From: Candidatus Berkelbacteria bacterium CG06_land_8_20_14_3_00_43_10
Lineage (GTDB): Bacteria > Patescibacteriota > UBA1384 > GWA2-35-9 > CG2-30-43-20
Direction: 5' to 3'
NCBI GenBank assembly: GCA_002780235.1
Contig: PEVO01000025.1
Location: 305 to 39,139 of the forward strand
DNA: 38,835 bases
A model generated the notes under the pieces. It worked only from the letters and a program-made list of their open reading frames with translations. It had not been told where the DNA came from and did no database searches. The position numbers were made by a program, and so were the translations under genes. Positions 17,060 through 24,425 of the stretch are shown here, one piece after another. Position 1 is the stretch's first letter, and each line of letters begins with the position of its first letter.

Positions 17060-17794
17060 ACTCCGAAACCCACATCGTTCTAGTTCGGCTATAGCGTGGG
17101 ATTCGACCACAACCATACTTGAGTTATTTTCGTCAATAGTCAACGAACAAACTTGATCGCGCCAGATCCATTTTTCAGCGTTGGTATTCCAGCCATTTTC
17201 AATAAAGCGATGGTCTCGTTTTTCTGAACCAATTGAGCTTTGATATTTTCTAGCATCAGGAGTATCGGGCAATAATATTGTTGATTTTATTTCATTGTCG
17301 TCAGAAAATTTTAAGAATTTATCGTAGAATTCTTTGTCCAAATCATACCAGTGGTTTTTATTTCCGGAAGACCAGATCAAAAGTTCCTCACCTTTCTTGG
17401 CGGTTTGCATAAATATTCGATACCATTCTCGCATACTGATTAGATTTTCGTAGATAGTGATGGTTGGAATTGATATCAGATCCGCCCGTTTGCTTTGCAA
17501 CTCGGGCAAGACCTTTTTCAACTCTCTGGTATTTGATCGGGCAATGTCAACTAGAATATTCGGATCGACAGCATGGAACAAACGATGAGTACCGATTTTT
17601 ACCTGTTTGATTAGACCTTTTTCAATTAGGATTGGCAAGAGAGTGTAGACCATCTGTCTAGTAACGCCGATTTTGCGCCCGATCAAAATCGCTGAAGCGG
17701 GACCGATCAGCAGGCAGGTTAAATATAATTTTGCTTCGGTTGTGCCGTAGCCGAGCTGTGTAAATAATTTAATATAGCGTTCTTGGCTTTTCAT
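17024..17794 (-). CDS. TrmB-family transcriptional regulator (module 2)
   Basis: wHTH TEAKLYLTCLLIGPASAILIGRKIGVTRQMVYTLLPILIEKGLI. The ATG at 17794 is preferred over the in-frame TTG at 17803. Confidence 0.75.
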   Translation of the reverse strand: MKSQERYIKLFTQLGYGTTEAKLYLTCLLIGPASAILIGRKIGVTRQMVYTLLPILIEKGLIKQVKIGTHRLFHAVDPNILVDIARSNTRELKKVLPELQSKRADLISIPTITIYENLISMREWYRIFMQTAKKGEELLIWSSGNKNHWYDLDKEFYDKFLKFSDDNEIKSTILLPDTPDARKYQSSIGSEKRDHRFIENGWNTNAEKWIWRDQVCSLTIDENNSSMVVVESHAIAELERCGFRSAWKGAGGEISN

Positions 17795-17829
17795 ATGTGA
17801 CAAATAATCATTTTACATTATATATGGGT

Positions 17830-17907
17830 ATCATATCAAATATAGAGTATAAAGTCAACAATAGAGACAAGCAAACACTTGACAAACATATACTTTTGTG
17901 CTATACT
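17830..17907. promoter_or_regulatory. back-to-back divergent promoters (module 2)
   Basis: Plus strand: TTGACA 17879-84, 17-nt spacer, TGcTATACT 17902-07, identical over ~30 nt to module 1. Minus strand: TTGACT (17858-53), 17-nt spacer, TATGAT (17835-30). Confidence 0.55.
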
Positions 17908-18038
17908 ACGGTTGTTATTGAAGATTGAAAATCGAAAATCCGCCGTAGCATCTTGAATGAAACATGGATGAATAATCCAAGTGAAATATCAAGAGCGAAG
18001 GAGGACGATCGAAATTCAACTGAAGATAACGCAGATTG

Positions 18039-18099
18039 ACAATTTGAACCCTCGGAAACTTTACCAAATGGAAAGCAACAAAAGGGTTTGGAGAAAGAA
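18039..18099 (+). promoter_or_regulatory. conserved SD-sequestering leader helix (copy 2)
   Basis: CAATTTGAACCCT-N31-AGGGTTTGGAGAAAGAA-ATG. Confidence 0.45.
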
Positions 18100-18543
18100 A
18101 TGATTACAATTATTGTGCTTTGGGGCGTAGTTATACTGCTGACAGCGTTAACAATAACGCTGTCAGGCCAGGAAAATATTCTTGCGCTGGGAATAGTCGT
18201 ATTCCCCCTAATAGGGTGGGCGATAACGAACGACCAGGTAACCCCCCAGCCGGAATATGGGGATAATTTTGAGACTACAAGAAATGTTTCCACCGTTAGG
18301 TGGGACGACATACCGAAAGGTATGTATAAGAAGCTAGGTAAGTTCTACTTGAACTTACCGTCCGGAAAGGCAAAAGTCGTCCGAAAGTTAGACGACTTCG
18401 TGACGGTCAAGGTTGTAGTTTCCCCTCGTGGAGAGAAAAAACTAGCGACGGTTCAAACCGCCAAAAACGAAACGGGCTCGTGGTGGGTCTGGGACCCCTC
18501 GAAAGAGGGGTATAGGGAAGGGCATCTGGAACCTGAAAAATAA
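18100..18543 (+). CDS. small membrane protein smp2 (variable cargo, module 2)
   Basis: 147 aa from ATG 18100, with GGAG 6 nt upstream. Two N-terminal TM helices plus a ~95-aa soluble domain. No similarity to smp1 or smp3. Confidence 0.6.
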   Translation: MITIIVLWGVVILLTALTITLSGQENILALGIVVFPLIGWAITNDQVTPQPEYGDNFETTRNVSTVRWDDIPKGMYKKLGKFYLNLPSGKAKVVRKLDDFVTVKVVVSPRGEKKLATVQTAKNETGSWWVWDPSKEGYREGHLEPEK

Positions 18544-18563
18544 CCTGCGGTTTTGTACCGCAC

Positions 18564-18604
18564 CCCCGCTTGAGTGCAAACTTGAGCGGGGTTTTTCTTT
18601 TGCC
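18564..18604 (+). terminator. intrinsic terminator (module 2)
   Basis: CCCCGCTTGAG-TGCAAA-CTTGAGCGGGG followed by TTTTTCTTTTGCC. A small hairpin TGCGGT-TTTGT-ACCGCA precedes it. Confidence 0.65.
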
Positions 18605-19027
18605 TTATTTTCTTGCCTTCAGTTTTGCGTAGAGTTTGATAAGTTTACTGTCAGACGAAGCAAAGTCGGCGCATTTGTTGTCTATCGCCTCGAGAATAAT
18701 GAGGCAGTCTACTAAACTTACTTGAGGTGTCTCTTTGTAAAGCAAGATCGCGTTTAATATGCGGTTTTTATCTGGCACTTCACAACAGGGTAGCTCCAAA
18801 ATTGCGGATATTCTATCGATGATTATCGCTTTTTCTATTTTGTAATAACTTTTCAGCGTCCACGCGAATTCAAAAATAACGAGTATGGGGATATAGAGAT
18901 TATACATACCGCTCGCAGATTGCGTTATTAACCGTTCCGCTTGATCGTATTTTTCTCGGTGTAGAAAGAAATCGAGGAGAATATTTATATCGATTGCGAT
19001 GGTTTTCATATCGTCACTCGTTGGCAA
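18605..19027 (-). CDS. vapC: PIN-domain toxin (VapC-like), module 2
   Basis: 140 aa with IAIDINILLDFF and VDCLIILEA. A different PIN subfamily from modules 1 and 3. The start may be the ATG at 19009. Confidence 0.75.
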   Translation of the reverse strand: MPTSDDMKTIAIDINILLDFFLHREKYDQAERLITQSASGMYNLYIPILVIFEFAWTLKSYYKIEKAIIIDRISAILELPCCEVPDKNRILNAILLYKETPQVSLVDCLIILEAIDNKCADFASSDSKLIKLYAKLKARK

Positions 19028-19271
19028 TTTCTATTGCCCTTAGTTCGAACGCTTTTTCGATAGCAATATCTGTCTGTGTGCCATCATCGTACTGTTTAAG
19101 AGAGCCGGCAAGATCGAGTATTCTCGGTCTAGTCTTTGGTCGGGCGGTAAACCCATTTTGTGAATAGATTATTTGAAATTTAGTACCTTTTTGTACCGCC
19201 AACCGATCCCGAATTGGTTTTGGGATGGTAAATTGCCCCTTAGAGGTGAGAGTGGTTGTATATGTTTTCAT
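19014..19271 (-). CDS. vapB: AbrB/MazE-type antitoxin (VapB-like), module 2
   Basis: 85 aa with SKGQFTIPKPIRDRLAVQKGTKF. Upstream: TTGACA, 17-nt spacer, TATTGT, and an AAGGA SD. Confidence 0.7.
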   Translation of the reverse strand: MKTYTTTLTSKGQFTIPKPIRDRLAVQKGTKFQIIYSQNGFTARPKTRPRILDLAGSLKQYDDGTQTDIAIEKAFELRAIEIANE

Positions 19272-19310
19272 TGCATTCCTTACATATATACAATAAATCC
19301 TTACTTATAC

Positions 19311-19401
19311 TTTGTCAACCCAATCTATCTTTTGATCGCATCCGGTTAGTGTATTAGTGATTAGGTCAATTAGAAATTTCTCCCCCTGCTCCTTTCCACG
19401 C
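19311..19401. repeat. 92-nt duplicated segment (copy 2 of 2)
   Basis: Near-identical to 16968..17059. Confidence 0.85.
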
Positions 19402-19541
19402 CAGTTCGAAGATAGAACGCTGTCCATTAGCGATGCTCTCGGACTCTATTACAACTGCCACCAGCTCATCTTCGAGCGAAATAATTGCTACTTTATTGCG
19501 ATAGATATTGATCTCGTTGGTAAATGGGTAGATTTTGGGTC
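19366..19541 (-). pseudogene. 3' remnant of a TrmB-family regulator
   Basis: Encodes ..KIYPFTNEINIYRNKVAIISLEDELVAVVIESESIANGQRSIFELAWKGAGGEISN*, which matches the last ~55 residues of trmB-3. The wHTH, promoter and start are missing. Confidence 0.75.
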
Positions 19542-19620
19542 TGGGACCAAAAAAAGGGAGATTATCGAACCGGCCATTGCCGGTAGATGACCCCCACCCA
19601 ACCCGCGGCTTATGCCACAA

Positions 19621-19656
19621 CCCCGCTTGAGTGCGAACTTGAGCGGGGTTTTTTAT
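19621..19656 (+). terminator. orphan copy of the module terminator
   Basis: CCCCGCTTGAG-TGCGAA-CTTGAGCGGGG followed by TTTTTT, with no intact upstream gene. Confidence 0.55.
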
Positions 19657-19698
19657 TTATCGTAAAAACTGTTCGAGAATATATGTTACAATGAATCT

Positions 19699-20229
19699 AT
19701 GGGATTAAAACAAAAGATAAATAATTATGCCTACATAGATAGCCAAAACCTTAATTTAGGAGTACAGAGTTTAGGCTGGAAACTGGATTTCAAAAAGTTT
19801 TGAGTATATTTAACGGAAAAATATCAGGTAAAAATCGCATATCTTTTTATCGGTTATCTTGCTGAAAACCAGGATCTGTATAGTTCGCTTTAAAAAAGCG
19901 GTTATATATTAAAATTTAAACCAGTTTTGCCCGCCAAAGATGGTCAACACAAAGGGAATGTTGATGCTGATATGGTCTTGCAGATTGCCATAGACCACTT
20001 CGAACACCATTTTGATAAAGCGGTAGTTGTCACGAGCGATGGAGATTTTTATTCGGTTGTTAAGTTTTTGTATGGAAAAAAGAAATTAGAAAAAGTAATC
20101 AGTCCTTACTATAAAACATGTTCTTCTCTACTAAAAAGAACAGCCAAAGACAAACTGGTATTTATTAATAATATAAAGAATAAATTAGAATATAAAAAAG
20201 AAAAACACCGCACAAGGACGAAACCTTAA
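19699..20229 (+). pseudogene. NYN/LabA-like domain gene with two in-frame stops
   Basis: One frame reads MGLKQKINNYAYIDSQNLNLGVQSLGWKLDFKKF*VYLTEKYQVKIAYLFIGYLAENQDLYSSL*KSGY..GNVDADMV..VVTSDGDF. TGA lies at 19801-03 and TAA at 19891-93. Confidence 0.7.
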
Positions 20230-20276
20230 GAGGTGTTTTTCACTATAGATTCTGACTAAATTATATCAAAACAATA

Positions 20277-21026
20277 CTATTTGTCAACCCCCGCCCCTTT
20301 CCATGCCAACTCGAAGATGGCGCGGAGGGTTTTGGCGACGGACTCGGATTCGATGATAACCGACAACAGTTCTCCTTGGAGCGACATTATTGCCACTTTA
20401 TTTTCATAAATATCTATTTCATTGGTAAACGGGTATAGTTTTGGGTCAACTAAACGAGTTTCGCGGAGTTGTTCTTGGTCGTGCTTAACGAATTCTCGGT
20501 TAATATCTAAATCGGGCCCAATCGCTTTGACGGTAATGCCTTTCTTGATTCTCCTTCTCAAGTAGGAATTGATGAAAGATTGATCCTGCGAGTAATACCC
20601 CTGCGCAGTTGCAAACGCCAGAATGGTGCCATTTTGGGGTTGTTTTAAGGTGTCCTCGAGGGCAATCTGGATTCCTGATGCTCCCTCGAAAAATTGGACT
20701 CTCGGTTTATCACCAATAGTTTTAACCAGGGCTTTAATTTCTGGGATAACTGATTCTAACCGGTTGATCTTTTCCTCCTGTAATGCCTTGAACTTATCGA
20801 TCGAGATAGAACTGTAGTGGAGGGTTCCGCGGATCTCGACTTCGGAGAGTAAGCCATTTTCAACCATATTTTTAACCAGATCGTAGATAAACGTTCTCTG
20901 AACTCCCGATTCTCGGGCGATATCACTGACTGTTGCTTGACCTAATTTAAGACAAGCAAGGTAGATTTGTGCTTCCTGTGACTTGATACCAAATTGTGAG
21001 AGAATTGTTAAATAATTGTTTTCCAT
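20277..21026 (-). CDS. TrmB-family transcriptional regulator (module 3)
   Basis: 249 aa with wHTH SQEAQIYLACLKLGQATVSDIARESGVQRTFIYDLVKNMVENGLL. Confidence 0.8.
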   Translation of the reverse strand: MENNYLTILSQFGIKSQEAQIYLACLKLGQATVSDIARESGVQRTFIYDLVKNMVENGLLSEVEIRGTLHYSSISIDKFKALQEEKINRLESVIPEIKALVKTIGDKPRVQFFEGASGIQIALEDTLKQPQNGTILAFATAQGYYSQDQSFINSYLRRRIKKGITVKAIGPDLDINREFVKHDQEQLRETRLVDPKLYPFTNEIDIYENKVAIMSLQGELLSVIIESESVAKTLRAIFELAWKGAGVDK

Positions 21027-21033
21027 AGCTTAT

Positions 21034-21120
21034 ATTGTATCAAAAAAATGACAAAAAGTCAATAGCAAGTAGGAAAAAGCGTATCAAACACTTGACAAAA
21101 GTATATTTTTATGCTATAAT
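21034..21120. promoter_or_regulatory. back-to-back divergent promoters (module 3)
   Basis: Plus strand: TTGACA 21092-97, 17-nt spacer, TGcTATAAT 21115-20. Minus strand: TTGACT (21062-57), 17-nt spacer, TACAAT (21039-34), then 7 nt to ATG 21026. Confidence 0.55.
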
Positions 21121-21171
21121 ATACTCATCAAACTGGAAATTTGAAAGAATTGAAAGGGAGACGCAAGTTGA

Positions 21172-21239
21172 CAATTTGAACCCTCATGACACCGTAACCT
21201 GAAATATGGGCGGATTACAGAGAGGGTTTGGAGAATGTA
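21172..21239 (+). promoter_or_regulatory. conserved SD-sequestering leader helix (copy 3)
   Basis: CAATTTGAACCCT-N38-AGGGTTTGGAGAATGTA-ATG. Confidence 0.45.
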
Positions 21240-21572
21240 ATGGAAGATGTAAGTTACGTTGCGATGTATGTATTAATAAGCGGGCTATTCGGATTGTTTT
21301 TCTGGCAATCCGAATCGAAAATTTCCTCATACTGGGGGAAAAATATCGCCAGCCGAGAGTTCCCACCCTTCTGGTATTGGGTGGTGTGGTGCACGGTAAT
21401 GCCTGTTTGCATCGCGATGTGCACCGTATGGTGCATCGGAAGAGTAGCGTGCTGCGTCGCAAAATTTTCGGAAAAAATAGTTAGATTATTGATGGTGCCC
21501 ATTCGGGCGAGTGACTGGGTAAGCCAGCCGGAATGGATAAGATACCAGTTGTGGCTTCGAAGTCGACGCTAA
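21240..21572 (+). CDS. small membrane protein smp3 (variable cargo, module 3)
   Basis: 110 aa from ATG 21240, with GGAG 6 nt upstream. Cys/Trp-rich, 2-3 TM helices, basic amphipathic C-terminus. Confidence 0.55.
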   Translation: MEDVSYVAMYVLISGLFGLFFWQSESKISSYWGKNIASREFPPFWYWVVWCTVMPVCIAMCTVWCIGRVACCVAKFSEKIVRLLMVPIRASDWVSQPEWIRYQLWLRSRR

Positions 21573-21592
21573 CTTGCGACTTATGTCGCGCT

Positions 21593-21636
21593 CCCGCTTG
21601 GTACAGAAATGTATTGAGCGGGGTTTTTCTTTTGCC
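21593..21636 (+). terminator. intrinsic terminator (module 3)
   Basis: CCCGCTTGG-N15-TTGAGCGGG followed by GTTTTTCTTTTGCC. The small hairpin GCGAC-TTAT-GTCGC precedes it. Confidence 0.6.
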
Positions 21637-21682
21637 CAAAATTAGTAACCTCTTAGGTTGCAAAAAATGGTAATGAGGACAA

Positions 21683-21716
21683 CCCCCGTGTCTTTATAGT
21701 GCGGGGGTTTTCTTTT
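21683..21716 (+). terminator. second, orphan module-type terminator
   Basis: CCCCCGTG-TCTTTATA-GTGCGGGGG followed by TTTTCTTTTG. It resembles the module-1 terminator loop and tail, and no ORF lies between it and the previous terminator. Confidence 0.45.
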
Positions 21717-21748
21717 GTTTTGACCCCGCCACAACATATATTCTGGTC

Positions 21749-21777
21749 TTGACAATAATCAGAAAATCGGATATTCT
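21749..21777 (+). promoter_or_regulatory. vapBC-3 promoter
   Basis: TTGACA 21749-54, 17-nt spacer, TATTCT 21772-77. AATCAGAAA repeats and a TCAGAA/TTCTGA inverted repeat overlap it. Confidence 0.45.
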
Positions 21778-21798
21778 GAAAATCAGAAAGGAACTATA

Positions 21799-22032
21799 AT
21801 GGCACAATCTACTTCAATGCGTATATGGGATAAAGGGCAGATAACAATACCGACTCGTTTCCGTAAAGATCTTAATCTGGATGAGGGCACGGTTGTATAC
21901 ATAGAACAATTTGGTGATGCTCTTTTGCTCCGCCCTAAAGAGTCATCTATTATGGCGATCCAAAAACGCGGAGAAGAGCTGATGCGCGCAAAGGGAATAA
22001 CTGTTGAAGATTTAATCGATGAAGAAAACTAA
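21799..22032 (+). CDS. vapB: AbrB/SpoVT-type antitoxin (VapB-like), module 3
   Basis: 77 aa with KGQITIPTRFRKDLNLDEGTVVYI and an AAGGA SD. Confidence 0.75.
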   Translation: MAQSTSMRIWDKGQITIPTRFRKDLNLDEGTVVYIEQFGDALLLRPKESSIMAIQKRGEELMRAKGITVEDLIDEEN

Positions 22033-22453
22033 CGTATTTCTTGACAGTAGTGTCTTACTGGCAGGATTGGTGTCGACAACTGGCGCGTCTGCGGAGATTC
22101 TGCGCCTTGCCGAAATAGGTGTCGTTGAGCTTATGGTCTGCGATCTTGTTATTGATGAGGTGAAGCGCAACCTGACCAAAAAATTACCCGAGTTTTTGCC
22201 TTATTTTTACACCGCGCTCGAAGTTCTTAAACCGAGAATTACGCAAAACCAAGAAACGGTAGATACAGTTCTCACACGTTTAATTCCAAAAAAGTCAGAT
22301 CAAATTATTATTCAAACCGCACTCATATCAAAACCGGACTATTTTATCACGCTTGATAAAAAACATTTACTTAAACCGGTCGTCCGCACAGCCGTTGCGA
22401 TGCCAGTTATTACTCCAAGTGAGTTTTTGGGAATAATTAGATTTAAAAACTAA
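22019..22453 (+). CDS. vapC: PIN-domain toxin (VapC-like), module 3
   Basis: 144 aa starting [12 protein letters not shown]. Overlaps vapB by 14 nt. Paralog of 16258..16689. Confidence 0.8.
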   Translation: MKKTNVFLDSSVLLAGLVSTTGASAEILRLAEIGVVELMVCDLVIDEVKRNLTKKLPEFLPYFYTALEVLKPRITQNQETVDTVLTRLIPKKSDQIIIQTALISKPDYFITLDKKHLLKPVVRTAVAMPVITPSEFLGIIRFKN

Positions 22454-24197
22454 CTAAACCCACCGGCTTGGATCTGCCAGAGTTTTTGGTAGGTGCCTTT
22501 GTGGAGTTTTAATAACATCTCGTGCGTTCCTTCTTCTACGATTGTGCCTTTTTCTAGAACGACAATTCTATCCATCTGTTTGATGGTCGATAAACGGTGG
22601 GCGATGACGATGACGGTCTTGTCTTTAATAAGCGTTTTAAGCGCATCTTGGATGTAACGTTCCGATTGGCTGTCGAGTTGGCTGGTCGCCTCATCAAGAA
22701 TAAGAATCGGTGCATTTTTAAGGATAGCCCGGGCGATCGCCACCCGTTGGCGATCGCCACCAGAAAGCTTGATCCCCCGTTCGCCGACTAACGTATCATA
22801 CCCTTGTGGTAGGTTTTTAATAAACTCGTGGGCATGGGCGAGCGTGGCAGCTTTTTTTACTTCGTCATCGGTGGCGTTTTGTTTGGCATAACGGATATTT
22901 TACATAATACTGCGGTGAAAGAGCAACGCTTCTTGCGGGACGTAGGCGATGGCGCCACGCACACTATCTTGTGTGACCGTTGCAATATTCTGATTATCTA
23001 TGGTAATCTGCCCGCCGTGGACATCAAAAAACGCAACAACAATTTGACAAGCGTCGTTTTGCCCGACCCGGAACTGCCGATCAGTGCCAACCGTTCTTTG
23101 CTCGCAATTTTCAGATTAAATTGTTTGAATATTTTATCGGCATGATATCCAAAAGTCACATCGTTAAATGTTACCGCACCGTTTGATAGTGTAATACTTT
23201 TGGCGTTTGGTGCATCTTGAACTTCATACGGCGTCGTCAGAATATCGGTCATTTCGTTGGCGCTCCCCAAACTATCATAGATACTGCGCATATTGGAAGA
23301 AACGTTCCTTAACCGTTCAAACAACTGCATAATCAAACCTTGGATAAGGGCAAAATCACCGATGGTCAGTGTGCCTTGCCTCCAGAGTACAACGGCGAGC
23401 GCCATCATCCCTACCTCGAGTACCATGGTGAAAAAGTTGACATACGATTCTATGTCGCGGTCAAATAACCATGCTTTGAGTTGGAATCCATATTGTGTCG
23501 AAATCTTTTTCTGATAGAGGGCTTCCTCTGTTGTATATCCGTTAAATATTTTGAGGTTGAGGTTGTTGGCAGTCGTGTCGGCAAGGTGTGCACCGGCGAT
23601 GCTATCGGCGGCGGACTTCTGCAGATCAATTTTCTGACGTTTTTTTGCTGTCGAAAAAGAAAATATCAGATAGATAACGGTCCAGAGTACAAGCGCACCA
23701 ACTAGAGTTAGGTTTCGCAGGCCAAGCGCGATGATAATGAACACGTATCGGATGATACTTTCGGCGATACGCCACGTTGCTTGGTTGGAAAGATCTTCGT
23801 ACGCCCTGATAAATCAGTCGACTTTTTTGGTCAGTGCTCCGCTAAAATTATTCGTAAAAAAGGTATAGGAGTGTTTGTGCAGGTAAGAAAAACAATACGA
23901 AGCAAGGTCTGACATTGTTTTTGTTTGGAATATAATGTTACTCGTCATCGCAGCCCGAGACGTAACCCAGATAATTGCATTGACACCAGCAAAAATGGTT
24001 AGGGTTCGATAAATGATTGGGAGGGTTGTGAAGTCGTTGGCGGCTAGACTGTCGAAGATGTTTTTGTATAAAAATGGGATATACACATACAGTGCGTTGA
24101 CGATGAGAGTAGAAATAATCGATACAAAAACAAGCAGGCGATATTTTTTTGTAAACCGCCAATAAATCGAAATCGTTTGTTTCGATAGATTTTTCAT
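22450..24197 (-). pseudogene. ABC exporter (fused TMD-NBD, MsbA-like), disrupted three times
   Basis: The TMD spans 24197-23817 and continues in the same frame after an in-frame TGA at 23816-14. Walker A is GSSGSGKTT. A frameshift falls at the A6/T6 run 23026-31, and an in-frame TAA at 22902-00 reads SIM*NIRY. The [14 protein letters not shown] signature and ILILDEATS Walker B follow. Confidence 0.8.
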
Positions 24198-24308
24198 ACC
24201 TTTAGTATAGCACTAATTATTGGGTAGGTGCAGGTATATCGCTGATCGGAGAACCATATCACGATCTGCGGGAATGGTTTGACACCAAGGATACTGACTG
24301 AACACCTC

Positions 24309-24360
24309 CCCGGTCTTTCGTGATTCGTTTACACGTTTCACGCGAGATCGGGTTTTTTTA
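24309..24360 (+). terminator. orphan plus-strand terminator
   Basis: CCCGGTCTTTCGTGA-N14-TCACGCGAGATCGGG followed by TTTTTTT. Only a short ORF tail (..EPYHDLREWFDTKDTD*) lies upstream. Confidence 0.45.
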
Positions 24361-24364
24361 TCTC

Positions 24365-24413
24365 TTGACAAAACAATAATAACATGTTACCATATAATTA
24401 ACAATAATGTTAA
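24365..24413 (+). promoter_or_regulatory. AbiE operon control region with two palindromes
   Basis: Contains TTGACA 24365-70, palindrome TAACATGTTA 24380-89, TATAAT 24393-98 and palindrome TTAACA-ATAA-TGTTAA 24398-24413. The -35/-10 spacing is not canonical. Confidence 0.4.
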
Positions 24414-24425
24414 CTATGGAGTAAT

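Noticed and set aside
18035-18056. A second TTGACA sits immediately before the conserved leader helix in copies 2 and 3 (also at 21168-21173). It could be an internal promoter.
   Set aside because: No acceptable -10 hexamer lies 16-19 nt downstream in either copy, and copy 1 lacks the TTGACA. It may be part of the RNA element or a regulator site instead.
17901-18311. A 136-aa minus-strand ORF spans the module-2 leader and the start of smp2.
   Set aside because: It runs antisense across the conserved promoter, leader and cargo gene. It has no SD and no counterpart in modules 1 or 3.
19801-19803. An in-frame TGA here, and another at 23814-23816, could indicate a genetic code in which TGA is a sense codon, as in some candidate phyla.
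   Set aside because: TGA clearly works as a stop elsewhere in the window. The dnaX TGA overlaps the dnaB ATG at 11548-11551, and the 5'-3' exonuclease ends in TGA at 9132. The same two genes also contain in-frame TAA stops, and one has a frameshift, so pseudogenisation explains everything.
21206-21484. A 92-aa alternative-frame ORF starts at an ATG inside leader copy 3. Short upstream ORFs also start at the equivalent ATG in copies 1 and 2 (about 15697 and 18068).
   Set aside because: The upstream ATG is conserved as nucleotides, but the three frames and peptides differ (MEKQQEGLEK.., MESNKRVWRKK, MGGLQRGFGE..). A 1-nt indel lies between copies 1 and 2. Conservation therefore looks RNA-level. 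A regulatory uORF cannot be fully excluded.
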